Of a stretch of DNA of 55,879 nt, positions 25,809 through 33,912 are shown piece after piece. The position numbers and the translations under genes are program-made. The DNA lies in NCBI GenBank assembly GCA_963968885.1, contig CAXAGT010000004.1:1-55879 (forward strand), given 5' to 3'. Each line of letters starts with the position of its first letter. Position 1 is the first letter of the stretch. This stretch comes from an uncultured Candidatus Poseidoniales archaeon (lineage in GTDB: Archaea > Thermoplasmatota > Poseidoniia > Poseidoniales > Poseidoniaceae). The notes below the pieces were generated by a model. The model saw nothing but the letters and a program-made list of their open reading frames with translations. It searched no databases and was not told the origin of the DNA.

Positions 25809-27800
25809 GTGAGGGTTTTGCAGAATGGTGTAAGTGGATGGTACGCGCGACTTGATAGAGTTCTAGCAGACAGACTTTTACAAATGCAGATTTGGGTTGA
25901 AGCATGGGAAAAATCACTCAGAACTTTCAAACCAATAGCCTCTCTGTTGCCTGATGATTGGCCTACCTTGCCTGCAAATTTGTTAACCGACCCTGGGCAT
26001 GTTCTAGACCATCTTTTGGCAAGATATGATGCCGAATCCGATGGCAGAAGCGCGAGAGGAGCACACGCAACGCCTCCTAGGTTCGCAGACGCAACAATCT
26101 CCTCGGAAATATTAGAATCACTTACTGAAATAGACAAGACTCCTGAACCCCAAAATCACCAAATCGCAAATCTCCCCCCAGCTTTTAGAGCAAAAGTTCA
26201 ACAAATGCAAATCAAGAATGTTGTTGATGATAAAATTGATGATGAAGAGGAACAAAGAAGGGTAGACAATAATCAAAGAACTGTCAGTGGAATATTGTTG
26301 CCAGTTGCAGATTCAGCATGTGGAGCAGGTTTGTTCCACGCCAGATTGATTAGAAGGCACGGAGAAATCCATTCAGAATCTGACGCAGAATTAAAATTAG
26401 ATGATACTAGAAGACTGTTAAACAATTTCCAGCTTATGGATGTATCCGAAATTGCAGTAGAAATGACAAGGACGCGTCTCTTACTCGAGGCTTGCAGATT
26501 TGGGTTAGTATCTCTTGATGAGCAAAGAGATGGAAAATTGGGCAGAGTTGAAGCCGAGAAAATCCTTTCAAAAACCGTCAAACAAGGAGATACTCTACTA
26601 GGGGACTGGCCTTTTGAAAATAAGCCAAAATTAATGTTTGCAGATCCACCTTGGCTTCGAATTAAAGATAGATTCAGAGGAAAAGAAGATGGGAGCAACC
26701 TTAGAAAAGAACTTGGGTCACAACTTAGGGAAATCAGTGATGATGGAGAACTAAGATTTTCAACAATGAGGGGGAATGTTAACCTCTATCGATTATTTAT
26801 TGAAAGAGGGCTGCAAATTCTTGACCAAGGCGGGAGACTCAGAATAATAACGCCTGATAGCCTGCTCAGGGAACAGTCTAGTAAACCACTAAGACGCCTT
26901 TTAGTCAAAGAACACGGCTGGCATCAAGTATGGTCAATCGAAGAGTCGAATCTCCTGTATCCTGGAATGACTCAAGGCGTATGTGTGCTGGGAGTTATCT
27001 CTGGAGAGAATGGTTGCGAATTAAAACTGAGAAGTCCAGTTACAAAATCCGACCTAACTCGTGAAAAGGGTGGGCTTTCAAAGAAGGTTCCAGCGTTTAT
27101 TCTAGAAGAAAATAGGTGGAAACATTGGACAAAAGGCTCTTGGGCAATCCCCAGGCTACCAAGAGATCCGATGGAGAGAAAGCATACCTTGCAAGTACTC
27201 GATGAATTAGCAGATAAGCCTAGACTTGGAGACAGTAATAATTGGCTAGCCACAGAAAATCATACAGTCAGGGTAAGGGTTGGCGAGATAGACCAAACAA
27301 ATCACTCAAAGTCACTAAGTGCTTGGGTTAAAGGAAAGAAGGCAAGACCTTTCATTCGTGGTGTTCATTTCTCAGAATCCGAAAATGGAAATATATTCGT
27401 AAGACACCCTGCTTTCGTCAAGAATATACCAAGTCGAGCTAATGAGCGACAACTCTCAATGTGGTTGGGAGGCAACGATTCACAATATGGAATGAGGCTA
27501 GCTTGTCAAGCGATAGTAAACGCCCACCAAGAAAGGAGACTAAGATGGGCGGTTATTCCTCAAGGGTGCGTCTTAGGAAATTCAGTAAATCATATTGAAT
27601 TGCATAATGATATTGAAGAAAAATTAGTCACCAATCATGGAAGTTTGGAATCTGGGCTTCAATGGTTATGTAATCACCTCAATGCTGACGATTTGGATGA
27701 ATGGGCAAGGACATGGTCTGCAAATAATAACGTGAATAATTACGAACTAGAGATGTTGCCGTTGGATTTAATGGCTATTAATGCAGAAATCACGCATTGA
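25809..27800 (+). CDS. N6-adenine DNA methyltransferase, Eco57I/PglX-like gamma class, with TaqI_C-like target-recognition region
   Basis: Contains motif X-like GAHATPPRFAD, motif I VADSACGAGLFHA and motif IV FADPPW. The block NLYRLFIERGLQILDQGGRLRIITPDSLL follows, and the C-terminus reads NNYELEMLPL. The start is uncertain (GTG 25809 or TTG 25818). Confidence 0.8.
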   Translation: MRVLQNGVSGWYARLDRVLADRLLQMQIWVEAWEKSLRTFKPIASLLPDDWPTLPANLLTDPGHVLDHLLARYDAESDGRSARGAHATPPRFADATISSEILESLTEIDKTPEPQNHQIANLPPAFRAKVQQMQIKNVVDDKIDDEEEQRRVDNNQRTVSGILLPVADSACGAGLFHARLIRRHGEIHSESDAELKLDDTRRLLNNFQLMDVSEIAVEMTRTRLLLEACRFGLVSLDEQRDGKLGRVEAEKILSKTVKQGDTLLGDWPFENKPKLMFADPPWLRIKDRFRGKEDGSNLRKELGSQLREISDDGELRFSTMRGNVNLYRLFIERGLQILDQGGRLRIITPDSLLREQSSKPLRRLLVKEHGWHQVWSIEESNLLYPGMTQGVCVLGVISGENGCELKLRSPVTKSDLTREKGGLSKKVPAFILEENRWKHWTKGSWAIPRLPRDPMERKHTLQVLDELADKPRLGDSNNWLATENHTVRVRVGEIDQTNHSKSLSAWVKGKKARPFIRGVHFSESENGNIFVRHPAFVKNIPSRANERQLSMWLGGNDSQYGMRLACQAIVNAHQERRLRWAVIPQGCVLGNSVNHIELHNDIEEKLVTNHGSLESGLQWLCNHLNADDLDEWARTWSANNNVNNYELEMLPLDLMAINAEITH

Positions 27801-27906
27801 GAATATCTGCTTGATATTTGATTTATGTTGAAAAGAATTAGCGCTATGTTTTTCTATAAGTTGCAGTAAAAGGGAAATATCAGCATCAAAAACGGAGCGA
27901 TAAACG

Positions 27907-28488
27907 ATGGGAATACATCCGAAAATAGGCATAACAGGTTTACCAAGAAGTGGTAAATCTGCTGTTATGCAAAAAGTTTTGGAGATGCTAGCCGACGAGA
28001 GAAAGAGAGAAATCACAATGCGTGGCGGAGACCCTGAGACTTTGATTGTCGCAGGCATGAAAACCGAACCAATCATAGAAAACGGGGAAAAATTAGGCTA
28101 CAAAGTGGTTGATCTAGTCACTGGCGATGAAGCAGTAATGGCACACAAAACATATGATTCCAGACTTCGAGTTCTTGGTTTTGGAATAGATACCGATGCG
28201 TTAGAAAGCGTAGCCTTACCTGCAATAGAGAGGGCAAAAGAGGAAGCAGAAGTCATTGTAATTGATGAGATTGGGAAATTTGCAGTTGAATCAGAATCAT
28301 TCGTTAACGCAGTAAGAGGAGTTCTTGAAATTGACAAACCCACAATCTTGACACTTCACAAAAAGAGTAGACATCCACTGCTTCAAGACATCAGGAGAAG
28401 GGATGATGGAAGGATTCTGGAAGTGACTCCTGTTAATAGGGCGTTACTGCCATACAAAGTTCACAAGTTAATGCGTGAAACCTATTGA
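27907..28488 (+). CDS. nucleoside-triphosphatase, THEP1 (COG1618) family
   Basis: Contains P-loop GITGLPRSGKSAV and Walker B VIVIDEIGKF. Overall collinearity with THEP1-type NTPases. Confidence 0.8.
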   Translation: MGIHPKIGITGLPRSGKSAVMQKVLEMLADERKREITMRGGDPETLIVAGMKTEPIIENGEKLGYKVVDLVTGDEAVMAHKTYDSRLRVLGFGIDTDALESVALPAIERAKEEAEVIVIDEIGKFAVESESFVNAVRGVLEIDKPTILTLHKKSRHPLLQDIRRRDDGRILEVTPVNRALLPYKVHKLMRETY

Positions 28489-28500
28489 GGTGAGTAGAGT

Positions 28501-28848
28501 TTGAGCACTCCCTCAAAAAAAGCAAGCCGACTACTGATTGGGAATGGTTTTGCCTTACTGCTAGCATTTGCTTTCTCTTTACAGGTAGGAAGGGCTTCTC
28601 TGCAAGAGATTAGTTTTGGTTGGGCGATAGCAATTATTGCCTGTATTTCTTTACTAGTAGGATTTAATATGAGGGGCGAGAAATCATCATTTTTATCCGA
28701 TATTTTTCCCGATGAAGATACTGTTCAAACAGCCAGAAGGATCTCCGAGGAGATGAGTGAAATGAGCAAAGAAGCAAAGGTATCATCTGCTTGGGCGAAA
28801 CTAGAAGTTGATTTGCTCGAAGATGAATTATCTGGCTCTGAAGAATAA
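28501..28848 (+). CDS. hypothetical small membrane protein
   Basis: 115 aa with a TTG start, two hydrophobic helices and an acidic tail. Confidence 0.4.
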   Translation: MSTPSKKASRLLIGNGFALLLAFAFSLQVGRASLQEISFGWAIAIIACISLLVGFNMRGEKSSFLSDIFPDEDTVQTARRISEEMSEMSKEAKVSSAWAKLEVDLLEDELSGSEE

Positions 28849-28913
28849 TTGTTGAATCTTTCCAGCGATTAGTTGAAAGTCATCCCACGTTTAGGTAGCA
28901 TTAGGTGAGCGTA

Positions 28914-29297
28914 ATGAGCGAGATTCCGGACAACTTGTATTACACGAAGGAACACGAATGGATTAGAAATGAAGGTGACTATGTCACTATTGGAATAACA
29001 GATCATGCACAAAATGCATTGACAGATATTGTGTATATCGAACTTCCAGAGAGCGGAATGACGCTTGAAGATATGGGTGAATTCGCAATCGTAGAATCAG
29101 TGAAATCAGCATCACCAATTTTTGCTCCTCTCGCAGGCGAAATTATTGGGGTCAATGATGCATTAGAGGATGCTCCTGAACTAATGAATGAGAGTCCATA
29201 CGGAGAAGGCTGGATAGTAAAAATGAAGCTGGATGACATGGGTGCTCTTTCAACTCTTATGGATGCGGCGGGCTATGCTGCAGAGATTGCAGAGTGA
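28914..29297 (+). CDS. gcvH: glycine cleavage system protein H
   Basis: Contains YTKEHEW and the lipoyl-lysine block VESVKSAS. I prefer ATG 28914 over the GTG at 28905. Confidence 0.9.
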   Translation: MSEIPDNLYYTKEHEWIRNEGDYVTIGITDHAQNALTDIVYIELPESGMTLEDMGEFAIVESVKSASPIFAPLAGEIIGVNDALEDAPELMNESPYGEGWIVKMKLDDMGALSTLMDAAGYAAEIAE

Positions 29298-29306
29298 GGA
29301 TTTGAT

Positions 29307-29840
29307 TTGAAGGGCCCTTTGCACTTGTATGTCGACGGCTCATGTTTGGGAAATCAAAACGTAGACCATTCCACTCCCGCTGGTTGGGGGCTTGTCGTTG
29401 TCGAAGGAGATAACGGATTAGGTACCGGCAAGGGCGAGATAATTTTCGAAGATAGCGGATTAGTTGAAACAGACAGTGGTGCAGAGAATTACTTTGGGGC
29501 AGAGGTTGGATCAAACAATACAGCGGAGCTTACAGCATTTATTCACGCTTTGAGATGGCTACTTATTCAATCCGACGATAGGGCAGCAGTTATCAGGGCC
29601 GACAGCCAATATGCAGGAAATATTGCATCATCGAAATGGAAAGCAAAGAAAAACAGAGAATTAGCAAAATTTGTCCAATCACTCTGGAATGAAGTATCCT
29701 CTCAAAAGGAAATTTCGTGGAATCATGTCCATGCTCATAGGGGGCACAGATGGAATGAAAGGGCAGATCATTTAGCCGCTCGAGCGACAGCCGGAGAAAA
29801 GCCACTTTCGCTTGGTTTTTGGAAACCTGGAATGCGCTAA
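29307..29840 (+). CDS. rnhA: ribonuclease HI (type 1 RNase H)
   Basis: The DEDD residues sit in their usual contexts: YVDGS, NNTAELTA, IRADSQY and NERADHLA. TTG start. Confidence 0.85.
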   Translation: MKGPLHLYVDGSCLGNQNVDHSTPAGWGLVVVEGDNGLGTGKGEIIFEDSGLVETDSGAENYFGAEVGSNNTAELTAFIHALRWLLIQSDDRAAVIRADSQYAGNIASSKWKAKKNRELAKFVQSLWNEVSSQKEISWNHVHAHRGHRWNERADHLAARATAGEKPLSLGFWKPGMR

Positions 29841-30694
29841 ATTCTATTTTTTAACCAATCAAGAAGCTCCTTAGAAACATCTTTTCTTCTTAGAGCATGA
29901 TCAATTTGTGCTTTCAGCCAAGGGAGCGGTGCACCAGAGTCATACCACTGAAAACCATCCAACGTTACTCCCTTCAAACCGGGATCATTCATCCAATGTT
30001 TTTGAATTTCAATAGATTGTAATTCACCGTATTCCTCCACAGAATACCGTTTTAGCAACTCTTTTGTGTCTGCAGTAAACAAATATCTCCCACAAAGAAC
30101 ATTGTTTGTTGGAGCATTTTCTTTCTTGGGCTTTTCAATTATTCTGCGTATTAAATCACCCTCTAAATCAACAACTCCATAATTTGAAACCTCATCATCA
30201 CTAACTTCGAAAAGCCCAACACAAGGAATGTTACTTTCTTCGTAGGCTTGTACTAACTTTTTACTTGCATTTGACGGTACAAAATCATCACAAGCAGTAT
30301 GGGAGTCAATAAGTAAATTATCACCTAGCAGCACCAAAAAAGGCCCATCTATGTCATCCAATGCTTGTGATATTGCATTACCTAACCCAAGAGGGTTTTC
30401 TTGAGTATGCACGGATACCTTTACTTTAGAAAATGGATTAAGTAGTTCTTTTTTGATACCAGGTCTTTTCTCTAGTAGCCATGATTTATCTTCCAGATAT
30501 CCCGAAAAATCTTTTTTTGGCGAGGTAATTATATGGATATTTTCGACCCCTGCTTGGATTGCTTCAAGTGCCAGATGTGTCATTGCAGGCACGTCGTACA
30601 ATGGAAGCATTTCTTTAGCCACGGCACCGCTTGCAGGAAGCATTCTTGTTCCAAGTCCACCGGCAACTAGAATCGCGTGCTTAACAAGCCCCAT
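29837..30694 (-). CDS. galU: UTP--glucose-1-phosphate uridylyltransferase
   Basis: Contains AILVAGGLGTRMLPASGAVAKEMLPL, VLLGDNL and GVVDLEGD. Confidence 0.85.
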   Translation of the reverse strand: MGLVKHAILVAGGLGTRMLPASGAVAKEMLPLYDVPAMTHLALEAIQAGVENIHIITSPKKDFSGYLEDKSWLLEKRPGIKKELLNPFSKVKVSVHTQENPLGLGNAISQALDDIDGPFLVLLGDNLLIDSHTACDDFVPSNASKKLVQAYEESNIPCVGLFEVSDDEVSNYGVVDLEGDLIRRIIEKPKKENAPTNNVLCGRYLFTADTKELLKRYSVEEYGELQSIEIQKHWMNDPGLKGVTLDGFQWYDSGAPLPWLKAQIDHALRRKDVSKELLDWLKNRI

Positions 30695-30747
30695 ATTACG
30701 TAATGAGAAGGATTAGGCTTTCAATCATAACCTCTCAGGCTCAGGTA

Positions 30748-31170
30748 ATGGAGCGAAATCAGAAGGCAGGCTTGTGGTTGGCCTCAGGATTGATTTTATG
30801 CGGCTCTACGATGACATCAATAAGTATCCCCGGTCCTTGGAATGAGCCAAATTTTACTTTGGGAGTATTAGGGCTAGCGGGCTTAGCTTGTATCTACATG
30901 GCGTGGTTCAGATATCGGATTTCTGAAACCGGCATAGTACCGACAATCGATAGATGGGTAGATGCAGAGAAAAATTGGCATCATCCCATAGTTCTCGGAT
31001 TTTTTTTAATTGCCTGTATTAATATGATGAGATACTATCCTATCCCGTCGCCAGAACCCTTCCCACTAATTCTCTTGTTAATCGCAGGGTTATCATTACT
31101 TCACGGCACATATGTTTGGGCCGTCGTTGTAGGGCCTCTGAAAACCTCTTCGCATTTGGAAGAGGAGTGA
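30748..31170 (+). CDS. hypothetical membrane protein
   Basis: Four hydrophobic helices. I prefer ATG 30748 because the track start at 30703 is only 8 nt from the divergent galU start. Confidence 0.4.
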   Translation: MERNQKAGLWLASGLILCGSTMTSISIPGPWNEPNFTLGVLGLAGLACIYMAWFRYRISETGIVPTIDRWVDAEKNWHHPIVLGFFLIACINMMRYYPIPSPEPFPLILLLIAGLSLLHGTYVWAVVVGPLKTSSHLEEE

Positions 31171-32670
31171 TTAATCCAAGAAACCCAATTCCTGATCTAA
31201 ATGTGCAAGCGCATCATTCAAATCAGGCAATTCTTCAGGCTCTTCCATATTGCTGACATGAACGGATTCGTTTTGGATACTATTCTGAGGCCTTTCTGCG
31301 ATTCCGGATAACCAATTTTTCCATTCAATCGACCTCCCAGGTTTCCTTATCTCCATAGGATCCCATAGCGGTGAAAAATCAACACCCTCTTTGAAATCTT
31401 GAATACTCTCTAGTATAGAAGAAAGGTTTTCGCAATCTACTTCATCCATTCTCAAAAGCAATTCTTTGAGTCTAATCATCACAACTTCATCACCATCAGT
31501 AAACAAATGGGGTATAATGTTACGATCATCCTCTGGATACTTTGTAACGTAGTCTCTTAGGCTTGTAACTATGTTTCTTCTAACAATTGGCTCACTATGG
31601 GAACACAGCTCCAGCAACTTGTCTGCCCACATTTCTTCATCTAAGAATTTAAGATCACCCACTGTTGAACTAGCAGCTGCCAAAACAGTCGTATCTTCAT
31701 CATTTAACATATTATTTAGCAATGAAACAGCATCCCATGTAATTCTTCTAAACAACCTAGTCAAGACATCTGCCATGCCCCTTCGTACTAGCAGTTCTTT
31801 CCTTTGTGCAAGTATATTTACAATTTTCAAACCCGTTTCTTTATCGCGTTCAATAGTCTTTGCAAGACAAAGGACTACCGAAGAAGCGACTTCTTGACTA
31901 GTATCTTCAGCGCACATTGTTAGATATTTTCCTAAATCAAGCGGTTCAAACAATTCTTCTCTCTCAAGCAATAATTGAATCCACTTGATTGCTAGTAACT
32001 TTCTATCTTCATTTGAAGAAAGCAATTTTCCAAGGTACCATTTTGCAACATCAGCACCCTTTGAATCTGCATTCATCCCCGGATTTTTTGGTAATACTGC
32101 ATGTGGATTCCAATCAAGATGTTGAGGGCCAACATCAGGCTGAGTATGCCATGAACCTGGTCTCGAGCCAATTGCAATTGATTCGATTAGGTGATAACCC
32201 TGGTGAACAGGCATCCCTCTGGGTTGGTTGCTTAAGCCATTTAACAAAGCCACACAAAGCCACCATCTATCAGTATTAGGTGCTTGAGGATCCATTGCTT
32301 GAGCAAACCATTCAGTAGCTATTCTGAAGAGAAGACGAGTAGAGACTTCATCAACTCTCCTTGCAAGCCACTTTTCATGAATTTCAAACGGATCATCTGA
32401 GAGATTCATTGTGTGAGGGACAATCAAGTCAACGATTGAATTAAGGTGATAATCCATCATACCCTTATCAATCTCGAAGAAAGCCAATCCTTTCTCAATA
32501 ATTTCTGAAGCAGAAATGGGCTCAATCGGAGGGAAGTCTAAATCAAAGAAAATTGGTTGGGGTAGTGGCCAATCACGGCAACCTACTTCTAGAGAATCGA
32601 CCAAATCTTGTGCACATTTCTGGAACACTTCTTCCCTAACCCGAGTCCTTGCGGTTTTTTTCAACTGCAA
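31171..32670 (-). CDS. hypothetical protein with C-terminal HEAT/ARM-like repeats
   Basis: 499 aa. The C-terminal half has four or more helical repeats, for example EVASSVVLCLAKTIE, LVRRGMADVLTRLF and EPIVRRNIVTSLRDY. Confidence 0.5.
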   Translation of the reverse strand: MQLKKTARTRVREEVFQKCAQDLVDSLEVGCRDWPLPQPIFFDLDFPPIEPISASEIIEKGLAFFEIDKGMMDYHLNSIVDLIVPHTMNLSDDPFEIHEKWLARRVDEVSTRLLFRIATEWFAQAMDPQAPNTDRWWLCVALLNGLSNQPRGMPVHQGYHLIESIAIGSRPGSWHTQPDVGPQHLDWNPHAVLPKNPGMNADSKGADVAKWYLGKLLSSNEDRKLLAIKWIQLLLEREELFEPLDLGKYLTMCAEDTSQEVASSVVLCLAKTIERDKETGLKIVNILAQRKELLVRRGMADVLTRLFRRITWDAVSLLNNMLNDEDTTVLAAASSTVGDLKFLDEEMWADKLLELCSHSEPIVRRNIVTSLRDYVTKYPEDDRNIIPHLFTDGDEVVMIRLKELLLRMDEVDCENLSSILESIQDFKEGVDFSPLWDPMEIRKPGRSIEWKNWLSGIAERPQNSIQNESVHVSNMEEPEELPDLNDALAHLDQELGFLD

Positions 32671-32701
32671 ACCCCCAAGAAATTAGAATATGACCTTGTA
32701 A

Positions 32702-33628
32702 TCAAATGTCCAACTCAATATTCAAGTTCTGAATTAGTTCTTTGTACCGGTTTCTAATGGTGACCTCGGTAACTCCTGCAACTTCAGCAACTTCTCTTTG
32801 TGTTCTTCTTTTCCCACAAAGAACAGAAGCGATGTAGATGATAGAGGCTGCGATTCCAGTAGGACCGCGCCCACTGGTAAGCTCCTTTTCTTGAGCAGCC
32901 TTGATTAATTCATGCGCCTTTGCTTCGACTTCAGAATCAAGCCCAAGACCTGAACAGAATCTAGAAATGTAATCTTCAGGTCCAGTAGGCAATATTTTCA
33001 TCTTCGGTTCTCTTACCATAAATCTGTAAGTTCTACCGATCTCTTTTCTACCAGTTCTGGATGCCTGTCCGATTTCATCTAGTGTTCTTGGAACTCCACA
33101 TTGCCTACATGCAGCGTAAAGAGAAGCAGCAGCAACCCCTTCGATAGATCTTCCTCGAATTAATCTCTTGTCGACTGCTTTCTTGTAGTTGACCGCAGCA
33201 GCTTCTCTCACTGTCTTTGGTAATTCCAGTCTACTAGCCATTCTGTCAAGTTCTGCTAGAGCCATTGCTAGATTTCTTTCTGTTGCATTGGAGACTCTAC
33301 TTCTCTTTTGCCACTTTCTCATTCTGTAAAATTGTGAACGATATCTGGAGTTGATTGACTTACCAGAATAATCCTTGTTTTGCCAGTCGATATCAGTGCT
33401 AAGCCCCTTATCGTGAAGCATAACGGTCATTGGAGCACCAGTTCTTGCTCTTTGATCCCCTTGCTCTGGGCTAAATACTCTCCATTCTGCGCCTTGATCG
33501 ATTACATTGTCTTCTAAAACCAGACCACAATCGTCACAAACCAATTCTCCACGAGTCTCGTCACGGGTAAGATTTCTACTAGCACATTCTGGGCATTTTA
33601 CGATATCTTCTACTTGTTGTTTATCCAT
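32702..33628 (-). CDS. tfb: transcription initiation factor IIB (TFB)
   Basis: Contains the Zn ribbon [24 protein letters not shown], two cyclin folds, and the C-terminal [17 protein letters not shown] prefer ATG 33628 (GGAGGG box 8 nt upstream) over the ATG at 33652. Confidence 0.95.
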   Translation of the reverse strand: MDKQQVEDIVKCPECASRNLTRDETRGELVCDDCGLVLEDNVIDQGAEWRVFSPEQGDQRARTGAPMTVMLHDKGLSTDIDWQNKDYSGKSINSRYRSQFYRMRKWQKRSRVSNATERNLAMALAELDRMASRLELPKTVREAAAVNYKKAVDKRLIRGRSIEGVAAASLYAACRQCGVPRTLDEIGQASRTGRKEIGRTYRFMVREPKMKILPTGPEDYISRFCSGLGLDSEVEAKAHELIKAAQEKELTSGRGPTGIAASIIYIASVLCGKRRTQREVAEVAGVTEVTIRNRYKELIQNLNIELDI

Positions 33629-33701
33629 ATTTTTCCCTCCATTTTTTGGCAAAGCCTATACAAGGCTGAGCCAAAGTATTATACCCATCGCATCAAAGGG
33701 G

Positions 33702-33713
33702 TTATTTAAATAA
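33702..33713. promoter_or_regulatory. palindromic TATA-like element TTATTTAAATAA in the divergent tfb/aconitase-family intergenic region
   Basis: Lies in the AT-rich 260-bp divergent spacer. The element reads the same on both strands and sits 50-85 nt from the tfb start candidates. Confidence 0.35.
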
Positions 33714-33912
33714 TTCTCCAACAATAAAATAAAGATATCGCCACGTATGCCTCGCAGTAAATCGATTACGATTTTTAGATAATTTACGGAATTATATTTT
33801 AACTGTTAGTCGGAATGATATAATTCGTTTTGATAAACTCACTATCTTGAGAATATTTTGCCCCTTTTATGATAGCCGAATTGGTTAAACCAAATAGCAT
33901 CCTGAATCGCGA

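Noticed and set aside
25809-27800. The methyltransferase as part of BREX, type I or type IIG restriction-modification
   Set aside because: No PglZ, BrxC, BrxL, HsdR or HsdS is nearby, and I recognised no nuclease motif in the protein or its neighbours. I therefore report it as stand-alone or uncharacterised rather than as a known system.
33702-33713. Palindrome TTATTTAAATAA as a terminal inverted repeat of a mobile element
   Set aside because: It is a single copy in an AT-rich divergent promoter spacer, with no matching partner or transposase. A TATA-like promoter element explains it better.
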